The notes below the pieces were generated by a model that saw only the letters and a list, made by a program, of their open reading frames with translations, was not told where the DNA came from and ran no database searches. Positions 51,880 to 61,436 of a stretch of DNA of 64,000 nucleotides are shown one piece after another; the first letter of the stretch is position 1; each line of letters opens with the position of its first letter. A program made the position numbers and the translations under genes. The stretch is from an uncultured delta proteobacterium (lineage in GTDB: Bacteria > Desulfobacterota > Binatia > UBA9968): NCBI GenBank assembly GCA_963745835.1, contig CAVUZH010000020.1, forward strand, positions 128,001 through 192,000, read 5' to 3'.

Positions 51880-54560
51880 TTAAGCGTGAGCTTCCGCCCA
51901 ATTCGGGCCCACATGGATATCGACGTCAAGGCCGCAGCGAAGATCCGCAGCTTGAGTCATCGCTTCCTCGATCAAAGCCCGAGCCTGCTCAAGGTGCTCG
52001 ACAGGAATCTCGAAGACGAGTTCGTCGTGCACAGTCAACAGCATCTTTGCAAGCGGTTCTCTACGCAACGCTTCACCCACATTGATCATAGCCTTCTTTA
52101 TGATATCTGCGGCGCTTCCCTGTATCGGGGTATTGAGCGCCATACGCTCGCCGAGCGCTCTTAGCCGGAAATTTGACGAGCCCAATTCCGGCAAATAGCG
52201 ACGGCGGCCAAACATCGTGGTCGTAAACCCGTCGATCTTGGCTTGGTTCACCTGCGCGGCTAGAAACTCTTTCACTTTCGGAAATTGCGCATAATAGGCT
52301 TCTACAAAACTCGCTGCCACGTCCATTTCTACGCCGAGCCGTTGCGATACTCCGAAAGTGGACATGCCATAGGCGATGCCATAAGAAAACTGTTTTACCT
52401 GGTTGCGCATCTGCGAGGTCACTTCAGCCAAAGCGATACCGTAGACTTTCGCCGCGATGGTGGCGTGAAAATCATGCCCCTGCGCAAAGGCTTGCAAAAA
52501 AGTTTCGTCTTGCGACAGATGCGCGAGAACACGCAGCTCAATCTGAGAGTAATCCGCTGATAACAGCACATGCCCCGGCGGCGCAATAAAGGCGCGGCGA
52601 ATCTGACGTCCCAGCTCACCACGTATCGGTATGTTTTGCAGGTTGGGTGCGGTTGACGACAAGCGTCCAGTGGCAGCCGTCGTCTGCTCGTAAGTGGTAT
52701 GGATTCGATTGCTTTTGCTATCAATCAGCTCCAACAGCATCTCCGTAAAGCCGGTCTTTAGTTTCGATACCTCTCGATATTCGAGCAGGACTGGAATGAT
52801 TCGATGCACCTCGGCCAGCTTCTCCAATTCGGCAGCGTCGGTGGAAAAACCCGTCTTGATTTTCCTGGTCTTGGGTAGACCGAGCTTTTCGAAGAGAATC
52901 CGCTGGAGCTGTGGCTGCGAGTTCACCTTGAAGTCTTCGCCGGCGAGATCTTTGATTGCCCGTTCAAGCGCGGTTATTTTGTTTCCTAAATCGGCATCGA
53001 ACTTTTCAAGATAATCGCGGTCGATGAGGATGCCATTATGTTCCATTCTGGCTAGTACGCCAATTAGTGGGAATTCCAAGGTGGTGGCAAGTTCCCAGAT
53101 GCCTTGCTCGCTGAGCTGCTCTTGCAGTATGGGAACCATGCCGCGGATAGCCATAGCTTCACGAGCGATGCGCTCTTTTTCTGGGGCGCCGAAGGCAAGA
53201 GTACTTTGTTCGCCGATCGCCAGTTCGGGTGCGTTGCCGTTGAGCAAAACCCCCAGATAACGTTTCGCCGCGTCAGCCAGCGTGTATCCAGAGGCTGATC
53301 CCGGCTCCAGTAAATAGGCGGCAATCTTGGTGTCACAGTAGAATGATCGAAATTCGATACCGACCGTCAAAGCTAAACGATAGATGGATTTGGCGTCATG
53401 AGCCACTTTCAACCGCACAGGATCTTGAAAAAATTCCCCGAGCCGGTCCATTGCTGCGCCCATGCCCAGCGTGTGCACCTCGCCAGGCCCATCACAAACA
53501 GCCAGCCAATTCTCGCTCCAAGCCAATGCGACGGCGCCATCTTGTTTGATTTCGTCAGCCGATCTCAATTCCGAGATTGATTTTGGTTCGAGAGCCGCGC
53601 CGAGAGGCACCGAAACGTGCATATTCAGCGCTCTCAAACGTTCGTGTAAACTACGGAACTCAAGTGAGGTAAAGAGCTTTAGAACTTCTTCATCATCCCA
53701 GCGCTCGAGGCACAGTTTGGTTGAATCGAGTTCGAGTACAACATCATTGAGTAACCGTCCCAGCTCTTTATTGATCCGTACCTGCTCGGCGTGCGCTTTG
53801 ATCGAATCGCGAAGTTTGGGTGTGAGCTCATCCGCATGCGCGATGATGCCTTCAATATCGCTATACTTCTTGACCAGCTGAGCCGCGGTTTTGTCGCCAA
53901 CCCCGGGAATACCAGGAAGATTATCGGAGGGCTCGCCCTTGAGCGCCACGAAATCGAGCCACTGATCCGGGAAACGCCGTAGCGCTCGATAACCGTAGGC
54001 GCGTCATATCGGATGACATCGGAGATTCCGCGGCGAGTCATGATCACCGATACCCCTTCGCCTACAAGCTGGAGAATGTCTCGGTCACCGGTGACGACGA
54101 TTACTTCGCAGCCTTCACCACGGCAATTCTTGGTCAGCGTCGCTAACAAGTCATCGGCTTCATAGCCCTCGAGCTCGACAATCGGAATTCGCAGAGCTCG
54201 AAGCACCTCTCGAATCAATGGCAGCTGCTGCCTGAAAAGATCCGGAGTCTCCGCGCGACCCGCTTTATAGGCAGCATAACGATCGAGGCGAAACTGCGGC
54301 GCGCCTTTATCGAAGCAAACTATGACAGCTTGCGGCCGCTCGTCGGCCAAAAGCTTTATGAGCATGGAGGTGAAGCCGAAAACGGCATTGGTCACCTGTC
54401 CGGAAGATGTGATCAGCGTGTCGGGCAATGCAAAAAAAGCGCGGAACGCGAGAGAGTGACCATCGATCAAGATGATCTTGCGCAGGTTATTTCTAGACCG
54501 GGCACTATCGGTTGATCCAGCCGATTTTTTGCTTGATTGATTTTTGTTTTTAGCGCTCAC
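51880..54560 (-). CDS. polA: DNA polymerase I with a 1-nt frameshift at ~53970 (probably a sequencing error)
   Basis: 5'-3' exo motifs DGHSLAFRAF, EADD, TGDRD and SDNLPG; polymerase motifs TGRLSS..PNLQNIP, ADYSQIELR and LTVHDEL. One extra C restores ERYGVSPDQWLDFVALKG. Confidence 0.95.
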
Positions 54561-54566
54561 CTTCGT

Positions 54567-54595
54567 AGTCTACCCGTTGAAGTTAACCGGAGCAA
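54567..54595 (-). promoter_or_regulatory. Sigma70 promoter for polA, probably leaderless
   Basis: TTGCTC-N17-TAGACT, 6 nt before GTG 54560. Confidence 0.65.
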
Positions 54596-54688
54596 ACAAG
54601 CCGAATTAGCGCTGCAGCGCATCTGGTACTAGTTCAAGGTGCACAACCTTGCTAAGTGCAAACTCGGCCCTACTCCGAGATGGTGGGC

Positions 54689-56254
54689 TTATTTACGCCA
54701 AACTAAAACGCTCGGACTCGCTCCTCCGTCCGACAGCAATGTCTCGCTGTGGCGAATGACTTTTCCCGAAGAGGTACGCGGTAGCGACTCACGGATGACA
54801 ATCTTTTGCGGCACTTTGAAATTTGCCAGATTAGCGCGCAGAAAACTTATCAACTCCTTTGTTGCGATCGCATGGTCTGGCCGGGGCACTACCGCAGCAC
54901 CGATCACCTCACCCCGCTTCGGATCAGGGATGGCAAAGACAATGGTCTCTTGCACGTTCGGAAAGCTGTAGATCAGGTTTTCCACCTCGGCGGGGTACAC
55001 GTTAAGACCGCTGGTGATGATCATATCGTCAAGTCGACCGAGATGGATGAAGTAACCGTCCGAGTCCCGTTTGCCGACATCGCCGGTGTAAAACCAGCCG
55101 TTACGAATGCGCGCTGATGTGGCCTCTGCTTTGCGAAAATACCCTTTCATCACATGGGGACCACTCGTAATGATTTCTCCCGGTTCATCGACGGGCAGTT
55201 CCCTACCGGACTCATCGACGATTCTTACTTCGACTCCCGGTACTGCGCGGCCAATACTTCCCAACTTGGCTTCGGCGTGCTCCGGTTCAACCAGGGTGAT
55301 CATCGGCGAAGTCTCGGTCAAGCCATAACCCTGGATAAGTGCGATGTGCGGCTGAGCTGAATGAAATGCGCGCAGGAGCGGCAACGGAACCGTAGTCCCC
55401 ATCATGGCGGCGATCTTCACGCTGCTGGTGTCATATTTCGAAAGATCGCGCACCCCTAGGAGAAGTTGAAAAACAATCGGCACGCTTTCAAAGACACTAA
55501 TGCGATATTTCTGAATGCCGTCCAACAAGGTAACGGGGTTAATTTGGTCGAAAATGACTAGAGTGAATCCTTTTTCGGCCACTTCATTGCAGACCAACGG
55601 GCCAACGATGTGCGACATCGGCAGGATGCAGCCCCGGATCGTGCTCGAATCGGTGATGCCCATAGCGGTCATGACACGCGGGTACTGCGCCAGATTGCGG
55701 TAACTGAGGACCACGCCTTTGGGTTCGCCTGTGGTCCCTGAAGTATAAAGAATCAGTGCCTCGTCGTCAGCCTGCCGTCGCGGCGCGAGCGCTGATCGAG
55801 GCGGTGCCGCGTAGCGACTTTCAAAGGACTGTTCGCCCTCGCCTTGGACAATCCATATTGATACTGGGGTGAGCTCTTCGAGGACATTGGCCACTTCGGA
55901 GATCAGCTGCTTATGGACAACCAGGAGCTTGAGATCCGCATCGCACAAGACGTCCTGTAACTCCTTGCCCCTCAATCGGGCATCAAGGAGCACGCTCACT
56001 GCGCCGAGTTTTTGACTAGCAAAATAAATCAGCGGAATTGCCGCGCAATTTGGTAACAGCACTCCCACTCGATCGCTTTGTTTGATCCCTTCGCTGTGCA
56101 AGTGACCGGCTAGAGCATGCACCCGCGCGTTAAGAACCGAAAAGCTCAGTTCTTCTTGCTTGTCAATGATCGCGGTTTTGTTTGGATGCTTTCGTGCTGC
56201 TTGGTCGAGCAACTCCGCGGCGAAAAATCCTACTGAATCGATATGGTTTGCCAC
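54689..56254 (-). CDS. Class I adenylate-forming enzyme (acyl-CoA ligase)
   Basis: YTSGTTGEPKG, GYGLTET, YTGD, R.DDMI..G.NVYP.EVE and PRTSSGK motifs. Confidence 0.93.
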   Translation of the reverse strand: MANHIDSVGFFAAELLDQAARKHPNKTAIIDKQEELSFSVLNARVHALAGHLHSEGIKQSDRVGVLLPNCAAIPLIYFASQKLGAVSVLLDARLRGKELQDVLCDADLKLLVVHKQLISEVANVLEELTPVSIWIVQGEGEQSFESRYAAPPRSALAPRRQADDEALILYTSGTTGEPKGVVLSYRNLAQYPRVMTAMGITDSSTIRGCILPMSHIVGPLVCNEVAEKGFTLVIFDQINPVTLLDGIQKYRISVFESVPIVFQLLLGVRDLSKYDTSSVKIAAMMGTTVPLPLLRAFHSAQPHIALIQGYGLTETSPMITLVEPEHAEAKLGSIGRAVPGVEVRIVDESGRELPVDEPGEIITSGPHVMKGYFRKAEATSARIRNGWFYTGDVGKRDSDGYFIHLGRLDDMIITSGLNVYPAEVENLIYSFPNVQETIVFAIPDPKRGEVIGAAVVPRPDHAIATKELISFLRANLANFKVPQKIVIRESLPRTSSGKVIRHSETLLSDGGASPSVLVWRK

Positions 56255-57234
56255 AGCAAAAAGGCCCTCTCGAATGGTTTGTACCAGCGCGCGAGCTGCG
56301 CCAGCTCGCCGCGCTTAAGTTTTAAGTTGCCCTGCTGAGTTGCAAGAAAAGGATCGACGCGGGCTCGAAACACTGCGCTCCACCACTCTTCTGAGCCGCT
56401 GATCATAAACTCACCGCTATCACCCCGTTCAAGCTGCGTGATCTGGCCAGAGTCAAAACGCACGGTCCAGGCTGCGTCCTTTTCTTCAAGAAAAAGCGTC
56501 AGGGATGTAGAGAGGCCGGTCTCTTCCCCGTGAGAACGAAATTGAGAATCATGGTTCGCGCGCTCCACCAAAGCGGACATGTGCTCTTTCGAGAACAACA
56601 CATAAGATTCACGCGTCTGTGGATCGGCGAGGCCCTTTTGTTGTGTTATCCGATCCGCAATCGAAGCGTTCGATTCACTTCGAAGCTCCATGAAAAACCG
56701 GCAACGCACAGCTTCTTCCAGTAAATCGGTAAGCAAAAAGGTCTCTTGAAGATTCCTGCCGATAGCCACCGTGCCATGACCCTTGATGATGGCGACCGGA
56801 CGGTACTTTAATTCTTCTGCTAACCTCTCGGGCTTTGTTACCGTCGGCGTATCCTGAGCGACTATCGGAACTTCGCCAATTGTATACTTCTCCTCAAAAC
56901 TCACCGGAACGAAATGATCATGGGTCAATGAAAATGCCAGAGTCATGGGTGGATGAACATGAACGATGGCTTGTGTCCCGCTGGCTGCATACAGAGCCAA
57001 ATGCAGAGGCGTCTCGCTCGATGCAAGCTGGTCTCGGTTAAGCGGCCTGCCGGCGCCATCAATCCGCACCAAATCTGCCGCTGTTAAAAAACCAAGGGGT
57101 GCATGCCGCCCCGTGATCAAAAACTCGTTCTCTCTAACCCGACAACTGAGATTTCCGCCCCAGCCGCTGATTAGATGACGGTCAAACAGCAGCTTGCCCC
57201 ATTTGATCATCTCTCCTTGGAGCTTCTTCATCAT
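56230..57234 (-). CDS. Class II aldolase fused to a C-terminal SCP2 (sterol carrier protein 2)-like domain
   Basis: GGNLS.R, SSE..LH, HVHP and GHG. C-terminal F.ISGS.E.W..V....DPF.A..QG.LKL..G pattern is SCP2-like. Confidence 0.85.
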   Translation of the reverse strand: MMKKLQGEMIKWGKLLFDRHLISGWGGNLSCRVRENEFLITGRHAPLGFLTAADLVRIDGAGRPLNRDQLASSETPLHLALYAASGTQAIVHVHPPMTLAFSLTHDHFVPVSFEEKYTIGEVPIVAQDTPTVTKPERLAEELKYRPVAIIKGHGTVAIGRNLQETFLLTDLLEEAVRCRFFMELRSESNASIADRITQQKGLADPQTRESYVLFSKEHMSALVERANHDSQFRSHGEETGLSTSLTLFLEEKDAAWTVRFDSGQITQLERGDSGEFMISGSEEWWSAVFRARVDPFLATQQGNLKLKRGELAQLARWYKPFERAFLLWQTISIQ

Positions 57235-57251
57235 TCTAGTCTCAAAATTCG

Positions 57252-58758
57252 TTAAACAACTCCCAGCGGTATGACTTCGCTTTCGAGGGGAAAGATTGAG
57301 GCTCCGCTGGGACAAATATTTTTTCCCATGAACGTCGAGACATCGTTATCAATACTCAATCTCTCAACTGAATCAGACGCGCAGCAGTTCAACGGGTACG
57401 CCATGGGCGCGCGCCAATTCAAGTGCCAACAATGAGCCACAGATAACACTGGCTCCCTGCGGGTCGAGCCGGCTATAGTAGAGGTAGAGCTTACTGATTT
57501 CGGCCCGGGCGAAAAAAAATCCTATCATGTTGTCAGAGATCAGAGTCGTCGGCAGATCGTGCTCAAGCAGCGCCGGCGCCACGGCATGAACGCCCCACAT
57601 ATGCGGCCGCATTTCCGGAATCAAGAAACGGCTGGCTCGCTCAGCTTTCAGCGCACCGACTAAGTGATCGCACTGATCTGAAGGCGGGATACCATAAAGG
57701 AGCAGGTACTTGCTTCCATCCTTTATCGGGCCAGGTTCTGGGGCTCTCTGCTGCTGGTACTTTCGGCGGAAACTTTCAGGTGTGTAGACACCGTCAAAAC
57801 CAATAAGATGCGTAATTAACGGCCCGGGCGTAACATCAAAAGCAGGATAGCGGACCGCAACTCTAGCGTCGGCTATCAGCTGCCGTCCTTGGAAGCTTAG
57901 CAGCTCTGCGCCCGGCCTTTCTTCGATCGGCACATCGCTCCCTTGCACCAACGAACGCGGGTCTTGAACCAGCACGTGAAAAGGAACTCCGTATCGCTTT
58001 GCCATTACCGCCAGCGGATAGGTGCCGACTTTGTTGATGATATCGCCATTCTGTGCCGCACGATCCGAACCGACGACGACTGCATTGACTTCGCGTCGAG
58101 CCATCACCTGGGCAATGGCGCAATCGGGAATCAGTGATACGCGAACGCCTCCTCGTGCGAGCTCCCACGCGGTTAGTCTCGCGCCTTGCAGGTACGGTCG
58201 GGTCTCCGTGGCGATGACGGCGAAGTCTTTGCTCATCGTCGCGCAATGCTGCGCTATCGCCAACAGTTCTCCACTCATGTTGCAGTGGGTCAAAAGCCGC
58301 GCCGGGTCCGGCAAAAGCTCGGCAGCGCGCTTTGCTCTTGCACCCCGGGCACGGACTATCTGCGCGGCGAAATCACAAGCCCGCTCGCTAATCCACTCAC
58401 CGGCACTCACGTTTCCCGGCAGCTTTTCAAACCACTCGTCGAAATATTGACTCAGTCCGCGGAAATCGAATGTCGGTCGCGCTCGGCAGAACTCGTGGGT
58501 CAGTTGATCGATCGATTTTCGCAGCGGGGGGATTTCCTTCGCGTGATAGTTTTGCGCCAGGAGCGCACCGCTATAGAGGAACGTAAGGACTTGACCAAAG
58601 GCACGCGTTTTCATCTCACGCACAGCATCGATGGCCTGCGAAGCATCTTTGACGCTGATATATTGGATCTGCTCGGGAAGCGAAATCTCATTGAGAATTC
58701 GAAAACCGCCACCTTCCCATAGAACCGGCTCAAAAAGCGGACTTTGTACCGAATTCAT
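57252..58758 (-). CDS. MtnA/eIF2B-family isomerase with a second degenerate C-terminal domain; frameshift at ~57381
   Basis: RPT, LTHCN, ETRPYLQGARLTAWEL, GSDR..NGDIINKVGT and PAFDVTP; second copy PEMRP..G, LISDN. The reading continues in another frame as DNDVSTFMG..ICP.G....LESEVIP to the stop at 57252. Confidence 0.85.
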
Positions 58759-58781
58759 AAACGATCTGCAGTTGCACCAGG

Positions 58782-59516
58782 CTAAAAGTACTTGAGAGCT
58801 TGGCGGGCAACCGCAATGATTTTCTCTTCGGCTGCGAAAAACAAAGGGTCACGAAACCCGAATTTGGCGTGCAAACACTCATCCGACACGGCAAGAATGG
58901 CACCGGCCTTTTTCTTTCGAACTTGAGCGATCGTCAAAAAAGCCGAGGTCACCATGTCGATGCTCGAAACATTTTGTTCTGTGAGTTGCGCGATCAATTC
59001 CGGCGTTTCCTGGAATAGCGCGTCAGTGGTAAAAATCCAGCCCAGATGGAAGCGCACCTGCAGGCTTTCCGCGGCTCGCTTCAATGCATCGACTATCTCG
59101 GGGTGAGCCACGGTGGAAAAATTATTCGCCACGTAATAGGGCGATGTGCCTTCACCGCGCAGGGCTCCGGTTACGATGATCAGATCGCCAATCTTCACAT
59201 GCTCCTGCAACGAGCCGCAACTTCCGACGCGGATCAGCGCTCGGGCGCCGGCGCCGCAAAGAATTTCGGTGGTAATCGCCGTGTCCGGAGCGTAGCGCCC
59301 GCCATTGCCGACGGTTACTCTCTTTCCGTCCAGAGTTCCGGTGTGCATCTCGTAATCCAGGAACGTGAAGTTTTTTTGCGGTTGATCCAACATACTCAAA
59401 AGCAATTGGCTGCGATCCTTCGGGCCGGGAATCAAGGCATAAGGACCGAGAGAATCGGCCTTCAGCCCGAGCATCGAGAGCATTCTTTGCGGTGTAAAGT
59501 GAGCTTCTTTGAGCAT
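58782..59516 (-). CDS. Nucleoside phosphorylase (NP-I, Udp/DeoD-like) with an atypical active site
   Basis: IPGPKDR, IRVGSCGSL, ALRGEGTS..Y, TTDALF and AVSD motifs; DMV in place of EME. Confidence 0.88.
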   Translation of the reverse strand: MLKEAHFTPQRMLSMLGLKADSLGPYALIPGPKDRSQLLLSMLDQPQKNFTFLDYEMHTGTLDGKRVTVGNGGRYAPDTAITTEILCGAGARALIRVGSCGSLQEHVKIGDLIIVTGALRGEGTSPYYVANNFSTVAHPEIVDALKRAAESLQVRFHLGWIFTTDALFQETPELIAQLTEQNVSSIDMVTSAFLTIAQVRKKKAGAILAVSDECLHAKFGFRDPLFFAAEEKIIAVARQALKYF

Positions 59517-59519
59517 TGA

Positions 59520-60743
59520 TCAAACAGCTTGGCCGACAAACTCAATCAGATCTTGGGTCGGCAGAGCAGGCTGTTCAAGCGCATTGAATGAGCGCTGGCA
59601 TAACGCGCTTGAAGTCAAAATCAATTCGGCGCCGGTCTCCTTCGCCTCACGCATACGATCGGTTGCGCTCCATTGAGCGAGGCTCGGATCGGCTTCAGGA
59701 ACACCGCCACCGCCGCCGCAGCACCATGCCCAACGTTGGTTCCGTGTCATTTCCACGACCTCGACTCCAGGAATGGCGCGCAAAATGGTGCGCGGCGCTT
59801 CGTATATGCCGCAACCTCGCCCCAAATGGCAGGAATCGTGGTAAGTAACTTTTTTTCGAATCGGTCTGGTCATTTTCAACTGACCCGCCCGTAAGGCGGC
59901 TTCGAGATATTCCACGCCATGCAAGACTTCCAAATCGGCGGCACCAACTTTGGCATTCTCTCGCCAAATGCGCCGGCAACTGCCGCAAGCAACCACCAGC
60001 CTTCGCACTCCACCTTGCGTAATTACGGCCAGGTTTTCCTGTTGCAGACGCTCGTACTCGCGCCGAAATCCGAGATCGTACGCATGCAACCCGCAGCATT
60101 TTTCCTGATCACCGAGGATAACAAAGTCCTCGCCTGCCTTTTGCATCAGCTTGGCTAAGGCCACGACACCGGCGCGGCCGCTTGACTGATCGGCGGAGCA
60201 ACCGGCGAACAACAGCGTCGGGGCATGTCGCTCAGCAATTTTAGCCAGCCCCAATCCGTCGGCCCAAAAGCCGCGTTCTGCCCTCGTTTGTGACCAGGGG
60301 TTATCGTGTTGCTGCAAGCCCTGGTATAGCTGGCGATGAGCGGCAATCGGACCCTCTTCCTCAGTGATCTGCTCGCGCATGGCAACCGTAATATCCCATG
60401 GGCCGTAACCGTCAGCCCGGACGCCGCAAAGCTCCTGGCACATCAGGCAGGTTGTACAACTATAGACGATTTCCTTGAGTTCGGGCGTGATCGGGTCAAG
60501 CCCGTGAAAGACACGCTGCGCCATCAGCCAACGCGACTTTGGCGTGTGGCGTTGGAACCGATAAAATTCATACGGAGGGCACTTCTCTTTAGGCCCGGGA
60601 ACGTCTTCCATCGGATTGGCCGGGCCGTGCCCATAACAGGAGCCGCATAAAACACAGCCACTGCTGCGCGCATTTAGATCTTTGGCATAAAGCCATTTTT
60701 TGACCCGCTCTAGGCCGAGGTTCTTTTTGGATTCGTCTTGCAC
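59520..60743 (-). CDS. Fe-S oxidoreductase with ferredoxin-like and two CCG domains (HdrD/GlpC-like)
   Basis: CVLCGSC...CP, CTTCLMCQELC, FAGC, EKCCG, ACGSC, YHDSCHLGR and WCCGGGGG motifs. Confidence 0.9.
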   Translation of the reverse strand: MQDESKKNLGLERVKKWLYAKDLNARSSGCVLCGSCYGHGPANPMEDVPGPKEKCPPYEFYRFQRHTPKSRWLMAQRVFHGLDPITPELKEIVYSCTTCLMCQELCGVRADGYGPWDITVAMREQITEEEGPIAAHRQLYQGLQQHDNPWSQTRAERGFWADGLGLAKIAERHAPTLLFAGCSADQSSGRAGVVALAKLMQKAGEDFVILGDQEKCCGLHAYDLGFRREYERLQQENLAVITQGGVRRLVVACGSCRRIWRENAKVGAADLEVLHGVEYLEAALRAGQLKMTRPIRKKVTYHDSCHLGRGCGIYEAPRTILRAIPGVEVVEMTRNQRWAWCCGGGGGVPEADPSLAQWSATDRMREAKETGAELILTSSALCQRSFNALEQPALPTQDLIEFVGQAV

Positions 60744-60786
60744 AGTATGAAGCGTGTAAGATCCGCAGCTGTTTGAAGAAATGAAA

Positions 60787-60831
60787 TCTTAAGACATTAA
60801 TTGTATAGCCCCAGACAAACTGGCGTGTCAA
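60787..60831 (-). promoter_or_regulatory. Operon promoter with a candidate operator palindrome
   Basis: TTGACA (60831-60826)-N18-TATACA, then the TCTTAAGA palindrome (60787-60794) near the predicted start site. Confidence 0.55.
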
Positions 60832-60835
60832 CAAA

Positions 60836-61297
60836 CTAGCTTAGATGGACGAGCTCGGCGTGATTCAGCAGCTTTCGTAGCAAGGCGGAGAGTTCTTTCT
60901 GATGCGAAAGATCGAGCGAAGAAAAAATTGCAGATACACTTCTCTCAAAGAGAGGAATTGTGGTCTTGTATAAGTTGGCTCCTTTATCTGTCAATGTTAC
61001 GTGAACAACACGGCGGTCGGTTGAGTCGCGCTTTCTTACGACCAGTTTTTTTTGCTCAAGCCGGTCAACGATACCGGTTAGATTGCTGACCGTCACCATC
61101 ATCTTAGCGCCGATCTCGCCAAATGGGAGGCTGCCTGCGTAACCGATGGTTGCGAGTACGTAGAACTGTGGCGGTGTTAAACCGACTTTGCCAAGATCAG
61201 ATTCCAACTTTTTATGCGATGAGAGATTAAACCTTAAAAACCGCACCCAGAGACTCGTGCTGTAGGAAGCAAAAAAGAGACGTTTTTCGACTCGCAC
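60836..61297 (-). CDS. MarR family transcriptional regulator
   Basis: GLTPPQFYVL, SNLTGIVDRLE and DRRVVHVTLTDKG winged-helix motifs. Confidence 0.93.
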   Translation of the reverse strand: MRVEKRLFFASYSTSLWVRFLRFNLSSHKKLESDLGKVGLTPPQFYVLATIGYAGSLPFGEIGAKMMVTVSNLTGIVDRLEQKKLVVRKRDSTDRRVVHVTLTDKGANLYKTTIPLFERSVSAIFSSLDLSHQKELSALLRKLLNHAELVHLS

Positions 61298-61436
61298 GTG
61301 GCCAATTTAGTCGGCGTCAAATCAAAAAGCAATAAATAGCTCGTTGTTTGCCAATTGAGGGTTGATTCGTGTAAGCGGTTCGGCGGCTTGACTCCTAAAG
61401 CCCAGCGGCTTAACTGGAATTACAATCGAAGTAAAA

